Shown here: one piece after another, positions 52,901 to 64,000 of the stretch
Layout of the letters: the number at the start of each line of letters is the position of its first letter
Numbering within the stretch: position 1 is the stretch's first letter
Source: Octopus vulgaris
Lineage: Eukaryota
Reading direction: 5' to 3'
NCBI GenBank assembly: GCA_951406725.2
Contig: CATOCA020000001.1
Span: forward strand, 11,036,001 to 11,100,000
DNA length: 64,000 nt
Made by a program: the position numbers and the translations under genes
Notes under the pieces: model-generated
Database searches by the model: none
What the model was told of the DNA's origin: nothing
Seen by the model: the letters and a program-made list of their open reading frames with translations, nothing else

Positions 52901-53855
52901 CTGAAAGTAATGGATAAGAAAAGAAAAACATGAAAAAACCAAACATCACACAGCTTGAGATAATAGTTATTAGGTCATTAAAGAAAACAAATGTAATTAG
53001 GTCATAAGAACTTAATTACAGCAATTATTACACACATACTCACACACACATATATATTTATTCAATACACACTCTACAGAGTAGAACAATGATATATACA
53101 CACCTGAGTAAACCCAGAAATGTAAAGACAGGAAAGCATTCTGACAGCTTTTATAAACATGAAATTTAGGAAGGAAAGAAGGGCTACAGGTAATCATATG
53201 AACACCAGTACATGACTGGTATTGTATTTTATCAACCTTGCAAAGATGGAAGGAGAAGTTGACCTTGGCAGGATTTGAACTCTGAACGTAAAGAGTCGTA
53301 AATAAAATAACACAATTTATTTTCTCTAAAAGTAATAAGAAACAAGAACTGGAGAAAAGAAGGAAGACATTTTATTAAAGGAACCCCTGGGTATTACTGG
53401 TACAGATTATATTGACCCCAGAGTGATAGTAAATATTCTGGTAGGATTTGAACATGGAACATAAAAGAGACAAATGTAAATACTGTAAGGGGATGATTCT
53501 GTATTTAGCCCAGGGTCGGAGTGAAATAGGGGAACTACAAAGGAGAGAGAGTGAGGAAGAAAGAGAGAGAGAGAGAAAGTAGTTCTAGATGGGATGAAAG
53601 GAAGAAGAGAGAGGATTTGAACCTGTGACGTTGAGGTAATGGAGAACGAGATGAAGTAAAGAGTCCAGTCAGGCAACAACAATAACAATTATGGTGATGA
53701 TTAATTAATAAAGTAGATTACAGTGCGAAAGAGAATAGAAAGACAATGACCCCATGGTGGGATTATGACATGAATGACTGAATGAAAAAGAAACAAACAT
53801 TATTGAAAACGTAAAAGAAACAGATATGGATATTCCAGATCCAATGGGGACTTAC

Positions 53856-54010
53856 CCCTTAACTGCCTCATGCAGTGGTGTGTCTCCATTGTTGCCCACC
53901 ACATTGCCATCGATGCCATTGTGACCCAACAACAGCTCGACAATGTGCAAGTGTCCCCGCGAACAGGCCAAGTGCAGCGGTGTCTGACCATTTACATCTC
54001 GAGGATTAAC
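53856..54010 (-). CDS. ANK-RING-DD gene exon (155 bp, phase 0-2), ankyrin repeats
   Basis: tttttcAG|GTTAAT...AAGGG|GTAAGT; [51 protein letters not shown]. Confidence 0.92.
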
Positions 54011-54369
54011 CTGAAAAAGAAAAGAATAAAAACATTAAAAATGGTGTCTGAAAGGGGAGTCGGGTGGTGAAGAATTAAAAGAAAAACTCACAGAAAAAGA
54101 GAAGAGAATGAATGACATTAATTAAACAGGTGGAATGATTGGGGTGGGGAGTAGATAATATAGATTTCTATTGTATATACACACACGCGTATACACACAT
54201 ACATATGTACATATAAATATATTTATATACACACACACAAACACACGCATATAGGATGAATAACTCAATAAATAAACACATAGAGCAGCAAAATGTGTGT
54301 GTGTGTATATATGTGTGTGTGTGTATATATGTGTGCGTGTTTGCGTGTGTTCATAGTTACATTTTTTGT

Positions 54370-54590
54370 TTTATTCTTTCATTTGTTTCAGTCATGTGAC
54401 TGTGGCCATGGTGGAGCACTGTCGTTAGTCGAGCAAATCGACCCCAGGAAGCCTAGTACTTATTTTATCGGTTTCTTTTGCAGAACAGCTAGGTTACGGG
54501 ACGTAAACATCGGTTGTCAAGCGATGTTGGGGGACAAACACAGGCACACAAACATACGCACGTACACACAGACACACATAACACACACAC
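54370..54590 (-). mobile_element. SINE 3' half (15190 family)
   Basis: ttgtttcagtcatgtgactgtggccatg...gtcgagcaaatcgacccc. Confidence 0.7.
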
Positions 54591-54597
54591 ACACATA

Positions 54598-54656
<59 letters not shown>

Positions 54657-54660
<4 letters not shown>

Positions 54661-54996
54661 CTACCGTAACTAGGTAAATAAAGCCTTCGAACTGGGACGA
54701 TCAGTGGCGACACCTGCGGGTCTGACTACGCTGCATTGATAAGGGACAACAACCCTGAAACATGTCTGTAGCTTCGGACTAGCAGGATGAAGCGGCTGAC
54801 CTCCTTTGTTCGAAGGTTTAATAATGGACGCAGGTGTGTGTCAATAGCTAGCTTGAGACGATGGCCTCACGGAGCTAATCAGCGACAGATTTGTTCTTAA
54901 ATTTATAAGAATGCCATATTAGTATGGCGATAACTATTATTTTCCAGTAACGCTGCCGTAATCTCCTTTAGAGAGACTTAGTAATTTTAATAGTTC

Positions 54997-55000
<4 letters not shown>
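54657..55000 (+). mobile_element. Family B element with a hammerhead at 54721-54778, in (TA)n
   Basis: gctgca-TTGATAA-ggg acaacaa ccct-GAAA-catg-TC-tgtagc; homologous to 50922-51305. Confidence 0.75.
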
Positions 55001-55058
<58 letters not shown>

Positions 55059-55258
55059 CAATAATAATTCTCTAAAAGGGATATAGACAGTAACTGCTCG
55101 ATAACATAAGGGACTAAAGCCATCTGAATATGGCTAGGGACAGGCAGGGTGGTGGGGGTGTTACTGTTGCATTTAGCCCCAGGCGAACATCGACGTCACC
55201 AGAAAGGCTCGACACCGTCACGGTGCCCTAAACCTGCAAAGGGAGGTAATTCCCCGAT

Positions 55259-55332
55259 GAAGCGGAAACCACACACGGACCATGGTTTCAAGGTGTATTG
55301 CCTATCATCGGCGTGTGGTAGGCCTCCGCTTC
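55259..55332 (-). ncRNA. Type I hammerhead ribozyme (family A, minus copy)
   Basis: Reverse complement of 55720-55793; predicted cleavage between 55278 and 55277. Confidence 0.75.
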
Positions 55333-55719
55333 CTCGACGAATTCTCACTCTGCAGGATTTTCTTATATAGATTTTCAAGCAAAATACATTTGCTGATTTC
55401 GAAAATCTGTTCGAAAGCAATAATAATTCTCTAAAAGGGATATTACCTCCCTTTGCAGGTTTAGGGCACCGTGACGGTGTCGAGCCTTTCTGGTGACGTC
55501 GATGTTCACCTGGGGCTAAATGCAACAGTAACACCCCCACCACCCTGCCCTGTCCCTAGCCATATTCAGATGGCTTTAGTCCCTTATGTTATCGAGCAGT
55601 TACTGTCTATATCCCTTTTAGAGAATTATTATTGCTTTCGAACAGATTTTCGAAATCAGCAAATGTATTTTGCTTGAAAATCTATATAAGAAAATCCTGC
55701 AGAGTGAGAATTCGTCGAG

Positions 55720-55793
55720 GAAGCGGAGGCCTACCACACGCCGATGATAGGCAATACACCTTGAAACCATGGTCCGTGTGTGGTTTCCGCTTC
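55720..55793 (+). ncRNA. Type I hammerhead ribozyme (family A, copy 1)
   Basis: gaagcgga..accacacg-CCGATGA-tagg caataca cctt-GAAA-ccatgg-TC-cgtgtgtggt.tccgcttc; predicted cleavage after C55774 (GUC). Confidence 0.78.
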
Positions 55794-56079
55794 ATCGGGG
55801 AATTACCTCCCTTTGCAGGTTTAGGGCACCGTGACGGTGTCGAGCCTTTCTGGTGACGTCGATGTTCGCCTGGGGCTAAATGCAACAGTAACACCCCCAC
55901 CACCCTGCCCTGTCCCTAGCCATATTCAGATGGCTTTAGTCCCTTATGTTATCGAGCAGTTACTGTCTATATCCCTTTTAGAGAATTATTATTGCTTTCG
56001 AACAGATTTTCGAAATCAGCAAATGTATTTTGCTTGAAAATCTATATAAGAAAATCCTGCAGAGTGAGAATTCGTCGAG

Positions 56080-56153
56080 GAAGCGGAGGCCTACCACACG
56101 CCGATGATAGGCAATACACCTTGAAACCATGGTCCGTGTGTGGTTTCCGCTTC
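56080..56153 (+). ncRNA. Type I hammerhead ribozyme (family A, copy 2)
   Basis: Identical to 55720-55793 shifted by 360; predicted cleavage after C56134. Confidence 0.78.
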
Positions 56154-56308
56154 ATCGGGGAATTACCTCCCTTTGCAGGTTTAGGGCACCGTGACGGTGT
56201 CGAGCCTTTCTGGTGACGTCGATGTTCGCCTGGGGCTAAATGCAACAGTAACACCCCCACCACCCTGCCCTGTCCCTAGCCATATTCAGATGGCTTTAGT
56301 CCCTTATG

Positions 56309-56346
<38 letters not shown>

Positions 56347-57062
56347 GTATATATATGTGTATATATATATAATGCAAGATGTGTGTGTGTGTGCGTGTGA
56401 ACGTTTTTGTAATTTATGCACATCCACAAATTAGCACGCATGTCGCTCAAATTTTAGGAGGACATTCGTTACACCCTAGCTGTATTTTCGCCAAATTATT
56501 TTCCCCCGAGACTCCCCGAATAGCGGTAAATAATTTTGCGCCAAAACTTCTAAATTTTTAAGATGGCGAAAGCTACCATTGTTTACAAAGCAAACATGAG
56601 TTCAGTCCCCTCCTAGCGACGGTGTAAAGAGAGGGAGGGAGAGGGAGAGGGAGAGAGAGATATTTTTATAATTTCGTCTTTTTACTCGCAATAACAGACA
56701 GACAGGTGTTGTTATGTATGTTTGTATGTGTGAATGGCTTCAGTCACGCATACACACACGCGAGCATGTATGCGTAAAAGGCACATATATGCAATGTTTG
56801 TGTGTGTGTGTGTTGTGCGTATATATATATACGAGCAACATAAACGATATTCTCCGTTTCTCCACAACTAATTTCCAAATTAGCTGAATCCGTTGTTCTA
56901 ATCATAGCGATATATAGCTGGTCGTGCGTGAACATGGGAGAGAGCAGAGGTGACCAGAGCAAAAGACCTACGTGTTGACTGTAGACACGCTCCTTCGCAA
57001 ACGATCAGCTATTATTTTGTAAACAATGTTGCGAAACTGTTCATGTTTTCGAAAGGAGAGGG

Positions 57063-57539
57063 GTCAACCTAAAGCGTTTGACCCGGTCATAAAAATAAAC
57101 AAAAAAATAGTAATATGTGTAAAACAACTTCCTCTAAACGAATCTGACCAAAAAAATGTGCGCTCGCGAAAGGAGGGTGGGGGAGAGGTCTATGGCCTTT
57201 TCTTTGATAATATCTTTCTTGTTTATTTAAATTCAGTACAATGCACTCTTGCCTTGTACCAACCATTTCTCTTTGTGTGGGTGTGTGTGTGTGTGTGTGT
57301 GTGTGTGTTGTTGATAACCGTTTAGAACAAGTTGTTTTACACCTATTACACTATTTTTTTGTTTTTTGCCCGAGTCAGACACGTAACATTCACGATGTGA
57401 ATTTTCCGAGGCCTCTCCCCCACTCCCCTTTCGCGAGCGCGCATTTTTGGGGTCATATTCGTTTAGAGGAATTTGTTTTACACCTATTACACTATTTTTT
57501 GTTTGTTTTTATGACCGGGTCAAGCATTTTAGTTTGACC
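57063..57539. mobile_element. MITE/foldback element with ~130-bp imperfect terminal inverted repeats
   Basis: 57063-57190 (ggtcaacctaaagcgtttgacccggtcataaaaa...ggggagagg) inverted against 57409-57539; no ORF. Confidence 0.7.
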
Positions 57540-58030
57540 AGGAGAGGTATGATTTCACATCTCTGCGGGAGAAGGTAGGCTTCTTTATTCCTGTTGCAAA
57601 ACTTACTTCCGGGTGTGCCAAATTTGCTTCAATTGATGGTATTACTCGGGTAGGATGTGGTGGTGGGACAGTGGCAGGGGCAAAGGCGTTCACAAGCATG
57701 TATACAATAGGTGTATGTACGTATATGTTTGTGTGTGTGTGTATTTTGCCCATATATATAAACTTAGTTGTGATCTGAACATAACCGCTTCTCACACAGA
57801 GGATTAGGAGCGCTTTTGGGAATTCTACTTTCCTTGCAGGAAGGGTTCTCAATCCATGGGCAAAATGGGGTTACATAAAATAAAACAATCGATGAGTGTA
57901 AAAAATCGAGAAACCGATTTCCTATGGAACCATGTGGTTTGTAAGCAAGCTACTAACCACACAGCCAATATTTTCATTATAAAATAGGAAACACCACAAA
58001 GTTATGGGGAAAAAATAAGGGTCTCATGAA

Positions 58031-58077
<47 letters not shown>

Positions 58078-58224
58078 AATATGTATATGTGTGTTTGTGT
58101 GTGTATATATCTATGTATATATGTATATGTATACTCATATATACGTTTATATACATATATATATATATGTGTGTGTGTATATATATATTGTTATATATAT
58201 ATGTGTATATACATATGTATATAT

Positions 58225-58274
<50 letters not shown>

Positions 58275-58550
58275 AATATATAATATCTTATAGGCATGTA
58301 TACATTATATATACGATTATATATACGTACCTATATAAGTGTGCCCCAAACGTCGGGAGTTCAGCAAAAATTCACAAGAGTATCTCTTGTTTCCTCGTAA
58401 TTTTACAAAAAGTGAATAAATTGTTAGGAAAGTATCGAGAAAAACCTTTCGGAGAAGATTAGGATTATTTCGGAATATAATATGAATGAAGAGAAACACT
58501 AACATATGCATACCACAATTTACATTATATATACATCCATACATTTTATT

Positions 58551-58606
<56 letters not shown>

Positions 58607-58687
58607 TATATATATATATATATATATAAATACATATATATATATATATATATATATTGTTATATTTGCACAACCAAATATTTAAAC

Positions 58688-58722
<35 letters not shown>

Positions 58723-58745
58723 ATATATATATATATATATATGTA

Positions 58746-58777
<32 letters not shown>

Positions 58778-58823
58778 ACAGACCCACACATACACACACA
58801 CGCACATATATATAATCACTAAC

Positions 58824-58971
58824 CTCAACATCGGTCTGTTTTAATAGGAATGCCACGTCATCTGTCCAGTCATTCGCTGCACCAAAATGGAGAGGAGTCC
58901 TGCCGGAATCGTTCTTCCCATTTATCTCGCTGCCCCGAGATAGTAAGAGTTCCACGACTTCAAGATTATGA
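58824..58971 (-). CDS. ANK-RING-DD gene exon (148 bp, phase 2-0), ankyrin repeats
   Basis: tactctcAG|TCATAAT...GTTGAG|GTTAGT; (G)HNLEVVELLLSRGSEINGKNDSGRTPLHFGAANDWTDDVAFLLKQTDVE. Confidence 0.92.
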
Positions 58972-59031
58972 CTGAGAGTAAAAGATAGAAACATTGACTA
59001 ATTTACATTAAACACCTAATTGTTTTGGCTT

Positions 59032-60145
59032 TCATCATCATCATCATCATCATCACCATCATTATCAGCAGCACTATTTTCATCGCTATCATCCTGATCG
59101 ACATCATCGCCATCATCATCATTGCCACCACCTCCATCATTAACGTAATCATCATCATCGCCATCATCACCATTATCATCATCGCCTTCATCATCATCAT
59201 TTTCATCATCTCCATCATCATCATCACCCTCATTGACAACACCATCATCATCATCATCATCATCGTTCATATCAACCATCATCTTGAACATCTCCAAAAT
59301 CATCATAATCATCATCATCATTCATCGGCATCATCATAGTCATCACCATCATAAACACCAACATCACTATCGTCACCATCATCGTCATCGTCATCACTAT
59401 CATCGTCATCATAATCATCATCATCATCATTATCATCATCGAGATCATCATTGCCATCATCATCATTATCATCATCATAATCATGATCATCATCGACTTC
59501 ATCGTCATCATTATCGCCTCCATCATCATCATCATCACCACCATCATCAGCAAGATCGACATCATCCTCATCATCATCGTCATTAACATAATCATCATCA
59601 TCGTCATGATCATCATAATAATATCATCGTAATCATCATCATCATCATAATAATATCATCGTAATCATCATCATCATCATCATCATCAATCAATCATCAT
59701 CATCACAGTCATCATGATCATCATCATCATCATCCACATCATCATAATCATCATAAAAATCATCGTCATAATCGTCAACATCACCATCATCATCTTCATA
59801 GTCATCATCATTCTCATCATCACCCACATCATCATCATAATCATTTTCATCATCATCCACATCATCATGATCATCATCATCATCATCATCGTAATCATTG
59901 TAATCATCATCGTCAGCATCATCATCATCATCATCATCATCGTTTTCATCATCATCCACATCATCCAAATCATCATCATCGTAATTATCATCGTCATCAG
60001 CATGATCATGGTCGTATTCATCATCATCATTATAATCATTATCCTCATCATCATCTTCATCATCATGGTCGTATTCATCATCATCATTATAATCATTATC
60101 CTCATCACCATCTTCATCATCTACAATGTCATCATATTCAATATT

Positions 60146-60183
<38 letters not shown>

Positions 60184-60210
60184 AATCATCATCATCATCA
60201 TCATCATCAT

Positions 60211-60247
<37 letters not shown>

Positions 60248-60905
60248 TTCGTCATCAAAATCATCACCATCATCATAATCATTATCACCATCATCATAAT
60301 CATCATCACCATCACCATCATCAGCCTCATCATCGTCGTTATCATCATGATCATCATAATCATCATCATCATCATCATAATCACCATCATCAGCCTCATC
60401 ATGATCGTCATCATCATCGTCATCATCGTCATCAACATAATGATCTTCAGTATAATCATCATCATAATTATCATCTTTTATCATCATCGTCATCATCATC
60501 ATCAACATCATCTTAATCAACATTGTTGTTATCCTCATCATGATCGTCATCATCATCATCGTCGTTATCATTATCATCATTATAATCATCCTCCTCATCA
60601 TAATCGTCATCATAATCATCATAAAAATCATCCCCCATCATCATCATCGTCATCATCCCCCTCATTGCCACCACCATCGTCTTCATCATCATTCGTCGCC
60701 ACTATAATCATAATCATCATCATCAGCGTCATCATAATAATCATCCTCATCATCACTACCATCATCATCATCATCATGATCGACCTCATCATCACCATCA
60801 TCGTCTCCATCATCATCATCATCATCAACAACACCATCATCATGATCGACATCACCAATACCGTCCTCGTCATCATCATCGCCGTTATCATCATCATCAT
60901 CATCG
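59032..60905. repeat. ~1.9 kb degenerate (CAT)n microsatellite in an intron
   Basis: Directly visible. Confidence 0.95.
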
Positions 60906-61109
60906 GGATTGTTATGATTGAATAATGACTAATGAATTGGATCGATGACTAAAGAGAAGCTTGTTGTTGTTGTTGTTTGCTAGTCTGCTGTTGTGCCGTT
61001 GTCCCACTGCAACTACTCTGGCCTCTTTGGATATTGAACCTGTGTCTGCAATTGCAACAAATTTACAAACAAAAACACATCTGCAGATTTTACTTGATTC
61101 TCAACTTAC

Positions 61110-61267
61110 CCAAACAGAGCCCAATGTAAAGCTGTCCAACCCCATTTGTCTTTCGCTCCCACCTCGCCTCCTGCTTCTAGCAATATTTCGACGAATCTTC
61201 TATCGGCGCCCCCTTCACAGGTCCACATTAAAGGAGTTCGTCCAAATCCATCAATAGGTTTATTAAT
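61110..61267 (-). CDS. ANK-RING-DD gene, most 5' exon found (158 bp, phase 0-2), ankyrin repeats
   Basis: cattacAG|ATTAAT...TTTGG|GTAAGT; INKPIDGFGRTPLMWTCEGGADRRFVEILLEAGGEVGAKDKWGWTALHWALF; start codon not found. Confidence 0.9.
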
Positions 61268-61304
61268 CTGTAATGAAGAAAGTGAGGACATGTGAAATAG
61301 AGAA

Positions 61305-63152
61305 ATTCCATTTTCTCTCTCTCTCTCTCTCTTTTCTCTCTTTGTCTCTCACTCTCTTTCTCGTTTTCTTTCCTCTTTCTCTCCTTCTTTCTCTCTCTAT
61401 CTCCCTCTTTCATTTCTTTCCTTCTCTTTCGTTTCTCACCTTCTCTTTCTTTCCCTTTTTCTTTACGCTCTTTCTTTCTCTTTCTCTCTCCGTGTCTCTT
61501 TTACTCTCTCTCTCTTTCTTTTCTCTCTTTTCCCATTTTCCATTTCTCTCTTTCTCTCTCTCATTTCCTTCCTCTTTCTCTTTTTCTTTTTTCTCTTATC
61601 TTTCTCTTTCTCTATTTTTCAATTTCTCTCTTTCTCTCTCCGTATCTCTCTCTCTTTCATTTCTTTCTCTTTCTATTCTTACATTCTTTATCTCTATTTC
61701 TTTCTCTGTTTCTCTCTTTTTCTTTCTCTTTCTCTCTTTTTCCATTTCTCTTTCTTTCTCTCTCTCTCTATTACCTTTTTTCTTTCTTTCTCTCTCTGTC
61801 TCCTTCACTATTCCTTTTCTCTCTTTCACCCAACCTTTTTCTTTTTCGTCTCTCTTTCTCTTTTACTTTTATCTCTTTCTCTCTCTTTCTCTCTGTGCTT
61901 CTCTTTGCCTTTTCTCTCTTTCACCCTCTTTCTCTTTTACTTGTCTCTCTTTTTTGATGTCCTTTCTCTTTTCCTTTTCTCTCTCTCTCTTCTCTTTCTT
62001 CTTCTCTCACTCTCTCACAATTTCTTTTCTATTTTTCTCTCTCTGTCTCTTACTCTTTGTTCTCTCTTTCTCTCTCTTTCCTTCCGTTTTTCTCTCTCTC
62101 TCTTTTCTATCTTTCTTTCTCTCTCTCTATTTCCCATTCTCTTTTCTCTCCAATATTCCCCTCTTTCCCTCTCTGTCTCTTCTCTCTTTCTCTCCCTCTC
62201 TTATTCTTATCTCTCACTTTCTTTTTCCCCTTTTCCCTCATTCTTTCTCCCGCTTTCTTTTTCTCTTCTCTCCTTCTCCCCCGCTCTTTTACCTTTCTCT
62301 CCTGCTTTACTTTTCTCTCTTTTTCTATTCTCTCTTCTTTATCTCTCTCCTTTTCTTTTCCCTCTTTCTCTCTCCCTTATTCGCTTCCTTTTATCTCTCT
62401 CTTTCTTTCCTCTCTTCCTCTTTCTCTCTGTTATCTCTTTTCTCTGGTTATTTTTCTCTTCTCTCTTCCTCCCGCTCTCTCACTTTCCTTTTCTCTCTTC
62501 CTCCCTCTCCCTCTCTTTCTTTCTGTCTCTTTGTCCTTTCCTTTTTCTCTTCTTCCCTCTTTTCCTTTTCTCCCTTTAAGGGACTTACTTTTTTCTATTC
62601 TCTCCTCTTTTGCCTTCTCCCTTTCTTTTCTCTCTTTCTCCCTCTTTCTTTTCTCTCATTCTCTTTATTCCTTTTACATCTCTTTTATCCCTCTCTTTCT
62701 CATTTCTCTCTATTTCAGTGTTTGTTTTTCCTCTTTCTTCCTCTCTCTCTCTCCCATTTTCTCTCTTTATTTCTCTCAGTACCTTTTTCTTCTCTTATCT
62801 TCCATTTTCTCTCTTCCTCTCCCTCTTTCTCTTTTTCTATTCTCGTTCTCTCCCTCTCTGCTTCTTTTCTCTCTCTTTCTATTTTCTGGTTTTCCTTCTC
62901 CCTATCTCTCGTTTTCTTTTCCTTTTCTCTCTTTTTCTCTCTGTTTCCTTTCTCTCTCTCTCTCTCTATCTTTTTCTTTTCTCTCTTTCGCTCGTTTTCT
63001 TTGTCTGTTCTCTCTTACTCTCTCATTTCATCATTGTCTTTCTCTCTTTTTTTTTTTTCTCTTTCTGTGTCTCTTTTCTTTCTTCTTCTCACTCTTTTGT
63101 TTTCTCTCTTCCTTTCTCTATTTCTCGTTTTTTTCTCTTTCTTTCTCTCTTC
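61305..63152. repeat. ~1.85 kb CT-rich polypyrimidine low-complexity tract
   Basis: Directly visible. Confidence 0.95.
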
Positions 63153-63335
63153 TACTTGTTTCAGTCATGAGACTGCGGCCATGCTGGGGCTCCTCCTTGA
63201 TTTTGTCTTTTATGTGTGGTACCTTTTCTGTCTAATTAGCAGCAACCTATAGATCTCTTTTGCTTAAGGGATAAGTAACAGGGATGCAAATACACCAACA
63301 CCGGTTATCAGATAGCAGTTGGGGGACACACACTA
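63153..63335 (-). mobile_element. SINE 3' part (15190 family)
   Basis: tacttgtttcagtcatgagactgcggccatgctgg. Confidence 0.6.
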
Positions 63336-63450
63336 ACATAGATACACATGCACACACACACAATCTCCACTCCAAAATACAGACACATCTTGTCAGTATA
63401 CACACACACACACACACTCACTCACACACACACACACTCACATACACACA

Positions 63451-63508
<58 letters not shown>

Positions 63509-63579
63509 CGAGTTAATAACACGTGTAAGGATGTGTTTTATCTATTCACCGAATTGAATGGAGACTTGTCCAGGAGAAA

Positions 63580-64000
63580 CTAATGTCGTCAGACGTTATT
63601 CCTCGTTCATTGGGTGCTTCGGCCCTGAACCGTAACACCCTACTCTTGGTGGGTCAACAGAGGTTGCCAATTTACTGCTCCTCAACTCCTCATGCCTTCC
63701 AGCGTTAATCTTCTCTTACACCAAAGCCAGCAAAAGGCTCTTTCAGTTGCCTCTCCCATCATGCGCACAGCCACCATTCCCTCCTTACCTCACATTCCAG
63801 TTGCTGTAAAAATCCTCCATGCCGACTGGGCAAGGAATCCCCTACAGCCAACCTCCACTAGGAAAATCCATACCTGCCATCCCTTCTCCCTGCAATCCTG
63901 CAGATGTTTCTTATATCTGTCACACTTCTGTTCATGGGCCTCGTTACCACCGGCTCCCCACGTGACTTTTCGTTCAATTATGATAATTTTCTGGGCCTTT
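63580..64000 (-). mobile_element. HERO-type RLE LINE 3' end, degraded, running off the window
   Basis: KIIIIERKVTWG...EAHEQKCDRY...CREKGWQVWIFLVEVGCRGFLAQSAW...ERAFCWLW. Confidence 0.75.

Larger units (their letters stand above)
55058..56311. mobile_element. Family A 360-bp hammerhead-bearing array (retrozyme/Penelope pLTR-like): ~1.07 units on minus (55058-55443), ~2.4 units on plus (55442-56311)
   Basis: Exact 360-bp period (55441/55801/56161); I see one substitution and one 1-bp indel among copies; (TA)n flanks. Confidence 0.9.

Noticed and set aside
55149-56263. Repeated 68-74 aa ORFs in the 360-bp units
   Set aside because: Present on both strands, mostly non-ATG starts, no known motif; repetition reflects the DNA repeat, although translation of a circle is not formally excluded
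56370-56620. Helitron/Helentron-like 5' segment
   Set aside because: No matching 3' hairpin or CTAG end identified; insufficient to call
59003-60925. Poly-D/M/H/I ORFs
   Set aside because: Intronic (CAT)n tract between two in-phase ankyrin exons

Overview
Eukaryotic, AT-rich, microsatellite-dense genomic DNA. The repeat landscape (Meta-core and tRNA-derived SINEs, R4/Dong, Tx1, HERO and RTE LINEs) looks like a coleoid cephalopod such as Octopus; this is inference. One host gene is reconstructable on the minus strand: at least 10 GT-AG exons from 61267 to 35014, with its 5' end not found. It encodes ankyrin repeats, a C3HC4 RING and a C-terminal death domain; the RING exon is frameshifted as assembled. 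The rest is mobile elements: two Tx1-type LINEs beside (TATC)n, R4/Dong LINEs in (TAA)n, CR1/RTE/HERO fragments, a Tc1 element with long TIRs, mariner and Chapaev3 fragments, a non-autonomous Helitron and many SINEs. The most striking unexplained signal is 11 type I hammerhead-ribozyme motifs from about 5-6 families of small non-coding Penelope-like/retrozyme elements, almost all in (TA)n. Four loci share a divergent inverted-arm architecture. One is a near-identical 360-bp tandem array (55058-56311) inside a host intron, predicted to release a 360-nt monomer RNA. All calls were made by eye; no searches or folding programs were run.
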